A stretch of 37,157 nt of DNA from the IMG/VR virus record IMGVR_UViG_3300049003_000038, positions 1 to 37,157 of that record; one strand, written 5' to 3'. Both the position numbers and the translations under genes were made by a program. Positions within the stretch are counted from its first letter, which is position 1. Every line of letters starts with the position of its first letter. Source of the DNA: a virus. The notes beneath the pieces were generated by a model that ran no database searches, was not told where the DNA came from, and was given only the letters and a program-made list of their open reading frames with translations. This document shows, in pieces, positions 31,812 through 37,157 of this stretch.

Positions 31812-33116
31812 TCACGCCGCCTGGGAGACCCCATGCTGCAGCCAGGGCCGCCACACCGACCGGGACACCTGCACCCCGTACCGCAGCCCGTCCGGGCCGT
31901 GGTCATCCACCTTCGACGGCTCGTCCTGCCCCTTGTCCTGCGCCTTCTCGTCCCACACGTAGCCGAGCAGTTCCCGCTCGAGCTCCGGTGCGGCGCCGTC
32001 GACGAACAGCAGCCGGCGCGCGGCGAGCAGCGACGACACGTTGCGGATGCCGTCCAGGACGGCGTTGTCGGCCTCGACGAGGCCGGTCCAGCCGTCGTTG
32101 CGCAGCTGCCGGCGGAACGAGGCGGCGGACGGGTCGACGGCGGTGCGGTCGGGCCACACGGGGCCCGGCCGGGCGTCGGGGTGCGCGCCCTCCGGCAGGG
32201 GGATCAGTGCGCCGGCGTCGAGCCAGGTGCGGATGCGCTGCGACTGCTCCGCGTCGGACAGGGACCGCTGCTTGCGGCCGTCGTGCCGCCACTCCCCGCA
32301 CACGTACAACCTCTCGTCCGCCCCGAGGCCGAGGAGGACGGCGTGGGTGGGGTTGGACGTGCCGTAGTCCACGCCCATCCACCAGCGCCCCACCAGCGAC
32401 CGGCGCACCTGCTGCCAGTGGGCGCGGTGCTGCCCGCCGGTGTCCAGGTCCAGCATGTCGTAGACGGCGCCCTCCGCCGCGACCCACAGGCCCTGGACGA
32501 ACCGCTTGTAGAACAGGCCCACGTTCTCGGCCTTGATCGCTGCCACGTACTCGGGGGTCAGGGCGGGGTTGTCGTCGAGGGTGAAGTGCCAGGAGGCGAT
32601 GCCGAGGTGGTGAGCCCGGTCCAGGTAGTCCTTCTTCAGCCAGTGCGCCGGGCTGTCGGGGTTGGTGGTGGCGAACAGCATCGCCCCGGGCACCGACAGG
32701 CGGAACAGCAGCTGCCCCCAGAACGGGCGGGACACCAGCGTCGCCTCGTCCACGTACGCGAGGGCGAGGGTGAGGCCACGCAGCCGGCCTTCGGAGCGGG
32801 CGTCGTTGGCGCCCATGACGTGCACCAGCCGGCCCAGGATCACCGCCGTCGGCGCACCCCGCGTGTACTGGACGGCGGACGGGGCCAACGTGCCGAACAG
32901 GTCGGCCATCGGGTCGATGACGTTGCGGGCCACGGTGTCCCGAGTCTTGCCGATGATCGCCACCGGCCCGCGCGGCCCGGTGCGCAGCGCCTCGAGGAAC
33001 GCCACGATCGAGGAGAGGGTCTTCCCGGACCGGACGGAGCCTTCCCAGAGGTTGATGCGGGCGGTGGCCTCGGCGATGGACTGGCGCTGCTTCGCCGACA
33101 GGTGAGCGGACTTCAC
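31812..33116 (-). CDS. terL: Terminase large subunit, 434 aa.
   Basis: Walker A motif GSVRSGKT. Size and position fit. The GTG overlaps the upstream stop (GTGA). Confidence 0.9.
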   Translation of the reverse strand: MKSAHLSAKQRQSIAEATARINLWEGSVRSGKTLSSIVAFLEALRTGPRGPVAIIGKTRDTVARNVIDPMADLFGTLAPSAVQYTRGAPTAVILGRLVHVMGANDARSEGRLRGLTLALAYVDEATLVSRPFWGQLLFRLSVPGAMLFATTNPDSPAHWLKKDYLDRAHHLGIASWHFTLDDNPALTPEYVAAIKAENVGLFYKRFVQGLWVAAEGAVYDMLDLDTGGQHRAHWQQVRRSLVGRWWMGVDYGTSNPTHAVLLGLGADERLYVCGEWRHDGRKQRSLSDAEQSQRIRTWLDAGALIPLPEGAHPDARPGPVWPDRTAVDPSAASFRRQLRNDGWTGLVEADNAVLDGIRNVSSLLAARRLLFVDGAAPELERELLGYVWDEKAQDKGQDEPSKVDDHGPDGLRYGVQVSRSVWRPWLQHGVSQAA

Positions 33117-33352
33117 CTTCGGTACCAGTGGACGGTGTGCACGCCGCTGTCCGGGTCGCGCTCGTGGTCGTCGGCCAGGACGACGCAGCGCAGGTGCTGC
33201 CGGCCCTCGTGCTCGCCGCGCATCTGGATCCGGACGGCGAGCACGAGGTAGCGGCGGCCGGTCGTCGCGGTCACGATCTCGTCGCCGATGAGCACCCGCC
33301 GCTCGGCGTCGTAGTACAGGCCGACCTCGGAGCCGGGTGGCTTACCCGCCAC
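33113..33352 (-). CDS. Hypothetical protein, 79 aa, between terS and terL.
   Basis: Track ORF. The GTG at 33350-33352 overlaps the terS end by 11 nt. Confidence 0.6.
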   Translation of the reverse strand: MAGKPPGSEVGLYYDAERRVLIGDEIVTATTGRRYLVLAVRIQMRGEHEGRQHLRCVVLADDHERDPDSGVHTVHWYRR

Positions 33353-33824
33353 GGATGGAGTCCACCAGGTCCCGGATCAGCCCCGCGGCCTCCTCCACCC
33401 CGCCGCCCATGTCCAACTTCTCCAGGTCCGCGACCCGCTGCACCGCGATCCCCACCGACGTCATGATGTTGCGCTGCTGCTCGAACGTCGGCTGCGGCAA
33501 CTCGATGCTGTTGTGCGTGTTGTCCTTGCCGCCGAAGTTGTGCATCACGCACGGCTGCCACAGCTGCGCCCGCAGCCGGTGAGCGTCCTCCACCAGCAGG
33601 CCCTTCAACGCCGCCCGCCGGGCCGACGTGTCCGCGTTCCGGGCCTCCGTCGCGCGTTTCGTCGCCGTCCGGTCGAAAGCGCCGTCGATGCCTTCGTTCT
33701 TGGCGATGGTGGTGACGGTGGAGGGGGAGACCTCGAACTGTCGGGCTACTTCGTTGCGTTTGCCGCCGTCGCGGATGGCTTGGGCGATGGCTTCGCGCTT
33801 GTCGGGGTCCAGCGGTGGGGGCAT
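33342..33824 (-). CDS. terS: Terminase small subunit with an N-terminal HTH, 160 aa.
   Basis: REAIAQAIRDGGKRNEVARQFEVSPSTVTTIAKNEG. It lies directly upstream of terL. The ATG overlaps the upstream stop (TGATG). Confidence 0.75.
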   Translation of the reverse strand: MPPPLDPDKREAIAQAIRDGGKRNEVARQFEVSPSTVTTIAKNEGIDGAFDRTATKRATEARNADTSARRAALKGLLVEDAHRLRAQLWQPCVMHNFGGKDNTHNSIELPQPTFEQQRNIMTSVGIAVQRVADLEKLDMGGGVEEAAGLIRDLVDSIRGG

Positions 33825-33973
33825 CAGCGGGCCGGCTCGTCGCGGACGATCTCGAAGACGATGGGGGAGGTGTCGCCGCGTTCCTGCCGGTCGGCGTCCA
33901 TCAGGAGGGCCGCGCGCATTCCGCTGGTCTCGGGGAGTTCGGCGGCGAGCTCCCGGCACTCGTCGGGGGTCAC
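33824..33973 (-). CDS. Hypothetical small protein, 49 aa.
   Basis: The GTG at 33971-33973 overlaps the upstream stop (GTGA). VTPDECRELAAELPETSGMRAALLMDADRQERGDTSPIVFEIVRDEPAR. Confidence 0.5.
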   Translation of the reverse strand: MTPDECRELAAELPETSGMRAALLMDADRQERGDTSPIVFEIVRDEPAR

Positions 33974-34161
33974 TGCGCTCGCCCCGTGCGCCGGGTCTGG
34001 CGGCGGATGCGGTGCACGCGGACCTGGTGGGTGATCCGCGGCCCGGTGGTGAGCGCCAGGACGACGAGGAGCGCGGCGAGGATGGCCACGGGGGCGAGTC
34101 CGAGCAGGTAGCCGAGGGCCCACAGGGCGTGGTGAAGCCCGGTCGTGAAACCGTCGGTCAT
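33970..34161 (-). CDS. Small membrane protein, 63 aa.
   Basis: ALWALGYLLGLAPVAILAALLVVLAL. The ATG overlaps the upstream stop (ATGA). Confidence 0.65.
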   Translation of the reverse strand: MTDGFTTGLHHALWALGYLLGLAPVAILAALLVVLALTTGPRITHQVRVHRIRRQTRRTGRAQ

Positions 34162-34727
34162 GCGACCACGCTGCGTCCGGTGGTGTCAGCCGGTCGCAGC
34201 AGCACACCGGCGGGGAACAGGTCGGGGAACAGCACGTACTGACCCGGCCAGGCCCGGTGTCTCCCGTGGCCGAGGACGAGGACCAGCGCCGGCGGGGGCG
34301 TGCCGGTGCGCCGACGGCGCCGTTCCAGGCCCTGGGCGCGGCGGCCAGCCATGTAGCGGCGTTTCGCCTCGCGGCAGTCCGCGCACGGCCGCCCCTGGTC
34401 GAGGGTGCAGGTGACGTACCGGGAGTACTCGCCGTGGGGCGCGGCACCCGGGTTGGGGTAGCCGTGCTTGCGGGCGATCCGCCGCCGGTCGGCGGGGTCG
34501 AGTCCACCCCACACGCCGTGCCCGATGCCCTCGTGGAGTGCTTCCAGGGCGCACGGGTGGCGGACGGGGCAGCGGGAGCAGACGAGGCGCGCGAGGGCGT
34601 ACTGGGCGGCCTGCTCAGCCGCGGTCAGGTGGTCCGGGGGGTGCCACGGGTCGAGGTCGGGTCCGGCGATGCCCTGGCAGGCGGCCTGGACGGTCCAGTC
34701 GGGGGGGCGCAGCAGTGGTGCGCTCAC
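34158..34727 (-). CDS. whiB: WhiB-like (Wbl) transcription factor number 3, 189 aa, with a C-terminal HGEYSRY...CADC module.
   Basis: CQGIAGPD...LVCSRCPVRHPC followed by GVWGGL. The GTG at 34725-34727 overlaps the upstream stop (GTGA). Confidence 0.82.
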   Translation of the reverse strand: MSAPLLRPPDWTVQAACQGIAGPDLDPWHPPDHLTAAEQAAQYALARLVCSRCPVRHPCALEALHEGIGHGVWGGLDPADRRRIARKHGYPNPGAAPHGEYSRYVTCTLDQGRPCADCREAKRRYMAGRRAQGLERRRRRTGTPPPALVLVLGHGRHRAWPGQYVLFPDLFPAGVLLRPADTTGRSVVA

Positions 34728-35032
34728 CGGAGCGCGTCGGCCACGGCTGTCAGATCCGAGGCGCGGTGAACCAGCTGGAACAGGTCGTCGTCGGGGACGG
34801 TGAACTCGCCGGTCGTCAGGTCCCGCGTGAGCCACTGGCCGAGCCGGGCGATGGTGAAGATGCCGCCCGGTCCTGCCGGGACGAGGAGGCCCCGGGAGGC
34901 GATGGCCGGGTGCCGGTGGGCGGACTCCACCCCGTGCGCGCGCAGCCACAGGTCGGCGACGTGCAGATCGCGGGGGGTGCACAGCTGCATCGCTTCCACG
35001 TCGGTGGGGATGCGCTGGAACAGGTCCGGCAT
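34724..35032 (-). CDS. Hypothetical protein, 102 aa.
   Basis: MPDLFQRIPTDVEAMQLCTPRDLHVADLWLRAHG... The ATG overlaps the upstream stop (TGATG). Confidence 0.7.
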   Translation of the reverse strand: MPDLFQRIPTDVEAMQLCTPRDLHVADLWLRAHGVESAHRHPAIASRGLLVPAGPGGIFTIARLGQWLTRDLTTGEFTVPDDDLFQLVHRASDLTAVADALR

Positions 35033-35157
35033 CAGTCGTCGCCGTCGATGTAGGCGGCGTACCGGTCGCCGAAGCGCCAGAACGTGACGGCGTAGGCGAG
35101 GCCGAGGCCGGCGATCGCGGCGATCGCCCCGCAACCCCAGCCGATCAGTGTTCGCAC
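35032..35157 (-). CDS. Possible membrane micro-protein, 41 aa.
   Basis: VRTLIGWGCGAIAAIAGLGLAYAVTFWRFGDRYAAYIDGDD. GTG at 35155-35157 with AGGGGGA 3-4 nt upstream. Confidence 0.5.
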   Translation of the reverse strand: MRTLIGWGCGAIAAIAGLGLAYAVTFWRFGDRYAAYIDGDD

Positions 35158-35245
35158 GGTTCCCCCTGGTGGTTGGTGGCCGGGCGGGCAAGCTCTTCCC
35201 AACCGGCCCGCCCGGCACCTACGACGCTCCCGGAGGATGTGACAG

Positions 35246-35450
35246 GTGACCTCGCGCCGTTTCGACCCGCCCCGACCCGCCCCGGCCCGTCCTCGTCCAG
35301 CACGACGACGGCCGCTGGTACGCGGGGGAGCAGGACGGCTGGGTGCGGTGGCCCGACGGCTCGTGGCGGGCATCCGTGACCTACTCGGCGGGGGTGGGGG
35401 AGAAGTACTCGCGGTCCGTCGCGGCAGGGCGGGTGCGGCCGGCCGGCTAG
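35246..35450 (+). pseudogene. Plus-strand small gene that needs a +1 frame change: either a sequencing error in a C-run or a genuine pseudogene.
   Basis: GGAGG lies 9 nt before the GTG at 35246 (MTSRRFDPPRPAP...). Clearly protein-like sequence (VLVQHDDGRWYAGEQDGWVRWPDGSWRASVTYSAGVGEKYSRSVAAGRVRPAG) runs in the +1 frame from 35289 to the TAG at 35448-35450, with no start codon of its own before 35343. Confidence 0.4.
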
Positions 35451-35788
35451 GTGCGGTGCTGGCCGATGTGGGAGTACCGGTCGAGCAGCGCGGCCTTGCG
35501 CGCGTACATGTCGGCGGGGTGAGAGATGAGCGTCGATGGGCCGTCATCGGGGTCGTCGGGCGGGGGGTCGTCGCCGTCGTCCGGGCCCTGGTCGTCGTCG
35601 TCGGTCCAGCCCAGCGCGACCGCGGCGTCGGTGCACCACGCCCGCACCTTGTCCAGGTCGGCGTTGAGCCGGCGCACGTTCTGCTCCTGCCGCCACCCGT
35701 AGGCGGCGTCGACGAACACCACGGCGACCACGGTGACGGCCAGGCCGACGCCGAGGCCGGTGAGCTCGTGCAGCGTCAGGACGATCAC
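35447..35788 (-). CDS. Membrane protein, 113 aa, with an acidic Pro/Asp-rich segment.
   Basis: LTGLGVGLAVTVVAVVFVDAAYGW. The GTG overlaps the upstream stop (GTGA). Confidence 0.7.
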   Translation of the reverse strand: MIVLTLHELTGLGVGLAVTVVAVVFVDAAYGWRQEQNVRRLNADLDKVRAWCTDAAVALGWTDDDDQGPDDGDDPPPDDPDDGPSTLISHPADMYARKAALLDRYSHIGQHRT

Positions 35789-35952
35789 CGGCTCTCCTCC
35801 CGCTGCTGCTGGTGCTCGGTGAGGGCCTGAGCAGCGGCGATCGACAGTGCCCGGCCCAGCTCCTCCACGGTGGCGGTGCCGGAGTGGTCGACGCGCACCT
35901 CGAGGTGGACGCCGTACGCCTCCGCCTCGACGCGGAAGCGGTGCCGGGTCAC
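35785..35952 (-). CDS. Hypothetical small protein, 55 aa.
   Basis: VTRHRFRVEAEAYGVHLEVRVDHSGTATVEELGRALSIAAAQALTEHQQQREESR. The GTG overlaps the upstream stop (GTGA). Confidence 0.55.
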   Translation of the reverse strand: MTRHRFRVEAEAYGVHLEVRVDHSGTATVEELGRALSIAAAQALTEHQQQREESR

Positions 35953-36590
35953 GTCGTCCCGTCCAGGGCGCGGCGGATGACCTGGACGGTGCCGCCGTCG
36001 TAGGCGCCGTTGTGGAGCATGTGGTCGGTCAGGTCCCGCACCCTGCTGACGGCGGCCTGCGCGTCGAGCAGGGCAGCGAGAGCGGGCAGGGCGAGGAAGC
36101 ACGTCGGGCAGAGAACGCCCCCCGCCTCGCGGTCCGGGTCGCCACCGACGACGGCGTTCCAGACGCGATGGGGCGCGCGCCAGACCGGGTTGGGGTTGCC
36201 GCATTGCTGGCAGCGCGAGTCGCCGTCCGCTGGCGTCCACGGCGTCGGCTGGGCACGGTCCCCGGCGGCATGGGCGGCGCAGTTCTCAGGGACGCAGCAG
36301 ACGCCGCCGCTGATGCGCGAGCAGTCCGCGCACGCCTCCCCGCCGCTGTCGGTGTCGCCCCTGCCAGCGGCGGGAGGGGCGGCTATGGCCCGGAACGCAG
36401 CCGGGTAGCCCGCGCCCTGAAGTTGCCCGAGCAGGCGATGCACGACCCCGGCGGGCAGCAGGTAGGCCGCGACGGCACCCGTCTCGTCCTCGGTGAACGG
36501 GGTCGCCTTCCAGCACAGGTCGGTGGCCTCGCGGACGATCCCCGCGTGCTTCGCCTCCCCGCCGCGCGGATCCTCGGCCGGGGCGGTCAC
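35949..36590 (-). CDS. Cys-rich hypothetical protein, 213 aa, with zinc-ribbon-like CxxC pairs.
   Basis: CADCSRISGGVCC...CQQCGNPNPVW...CPTCF. The GTG at 36588-36590 overlaps the upstream stop (GTGA). Confidence 0.7.
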   Translation of the reverse strand: MTAPAEDPRGGEAKHAGIVREATDLCWKATPFTEDETGAVAAYLLPAGVVHRLLGQLQGAGYPAAFRAIAAPPAAGRGDTDSGGEACADCSRISGGVCCVPENCAAHAAGDRAQPTPWTPADGDSRCQQCGNPNPVWRAPHRVWNAVVGGDPDREAGGVLCPTCFLALPALAALLDAQAAVSRVRDLTDHMLHNGAYDGGTVQVIRRALDGTT

Positions 36591-36883
36591 CGGGGGTCGC
36601 CGATCGGCACCGTGATGTGCCCGACGCGCATGTGCCCGGCCCACCCGGTCCCGTAGTCGTCTGCGTCAGCCAGGACGGCAGGATCGGCGGAGTTCTCCAC
36701 CGCGAACCGGTAGCCCTCATGCCAGCCGTCCCGGTACGACTTCCACCGCTGCCGAGACAGCCAGCGCAGCTTGCAGGCATGGCGCTTCATCGGCCCGCCA
36801 CGCGGCTTGTGGGCCACCATGCGCCCGCACTCCCAGCAGCGGGATGCCCCGCAGTAGCTGATGTCGCCGAAGTCCTCGCTCAT
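36587..36883 (-). CDS. Small zinc-ribbon protein, 98 aa.
   Basis: ATG at 36881-36883 with GAGGAG 7 nt upstream. MSEDFGDISYCGASRCWECGRMVAHKPRGGPMKRHACK... Confidence 0.75.
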   Translation of the reverse strand: MSEDFGDISYCGASRCWECGRMVAHKPRGGPMKRHACKLRWLSRQRWKSYRDGWHEGYRFAVENSADPAVLADADDYGTGWAGHMRVGHITVPIGDPR

Positions 36884-36982
36884 CTCGTTCGCTCCTCGTG
36901 CTGTCGTGGCTGGGGGCGGGTGCGCCGGCCGGGTTCGGCCGGGTCGGCGTGTTCGCGGGGGGCGTCCTGGCCGCGACATTGG

Positions 36983-36996
36983 GTCGGGATCCCGAC
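36983..36996 (-). terminator. 14-bp perfect palindrome downstream of the boundary-spanning HNH gene.
   Basis: gtcgggatcccgac, about 45 nt after the stop at 37041. Confidence 0.3.
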
Positions 36997-37040
36997 GCGG
37001 AAGTTCGCGCCAGCCGTCCCGGCGCTTCCACCGTCGCTCG

Positions 37041-37157
37041 TCATGCCGCCGACTTATTGCGTGCCCTGTGGGAGCGATCGCGATCACGATCGCGGGCACG
37101 GGAGCAGGTACGGCAGCTGCGGCTACCGCCCCAGAAGTAGGTGTTCTCTTCGTCGTA
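37041..37157 (-). CDS. 3' end (38 codons plus stop) of the same HNH gene, seen again in the duplicated right end.
   Basis: The frame continues from the repeat and encodes ...HAYDEENTYFWGGSRSCRTCSRARDRDRDRSHRARNKSAA, with stop tca at 37041-37043. Confidence 0.8.
   Translation of the reverse strand, partial: YDEENTYFWGGSRSCRTCSRARDRDRDRSHRARNKSAA
37043..37157. repeat. Terminal direct repeat copy 2, identical to 1..115.
   Basis: Exact 115-bp identity with the window start. Confidence 0.95.

Overview
This window is one complete, circularly closed genome. Bases 37043-37157 repeat bases 1-115 exactly, so the unique length is 37,042 bp. It is a temperate, siphovirus-type tailed phage or prophage of a high-GC Actinobacterium: GC is about 70 percent by eye, GC3 bias is strong, and there are three WhiB-like genes. 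I call about 70 genes, nearly all on the minus strand in long translationally coupled runs with many GTGA/ATGA stop-start overlaps. Minus-strand order from the genetic switch: Xis/Cro-like HTH (8601), Bro-N/KilAC antirepressor, early/recombination genes, WhiB, Zn-finger proteins, and a winged-helix initiator with an iteron origin inside its 3' end (3481-3680). Next come HNH, WhiB, and a 288-aa NUMOD4/HNH_3-like endonuclease gene that crosses coordinate 1 and is therefore absent from the ORF track. The order continues with Cys-rich and membrane proteins, a third WhiB, terS (33824), terL, a 1.65-kb mixed-orientation insertion, portal, MuF-like protein, scaffold, major capsid and connector genes. 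It ends with the major tail protein, G/G-T chaperones with a CCCGGGG -1 slip site, an 841-aa tape measure, minor tail and fibre genes, an amidase endolysin, and three membrane proteins including a collagen-repeat protein. The plus strand carries a CI-like repressor, a small ORF, a tyrosine integrase, a putative attP and a lipoprotein (8905-11444), plus reverse-oriented genes embedded in the structural operon. I saw no tRNA, rRNA or CRISPR array. The best candidate for an undescribed system is the three-gene cassette between terL and portal (30162-31811), which encodes two membrane/coiled-coil proteins antisense to the late operon plus a divergent small protein and a perfect 13-bp hairpin. All functional calls come from reading motifs by eye; no database search was run.
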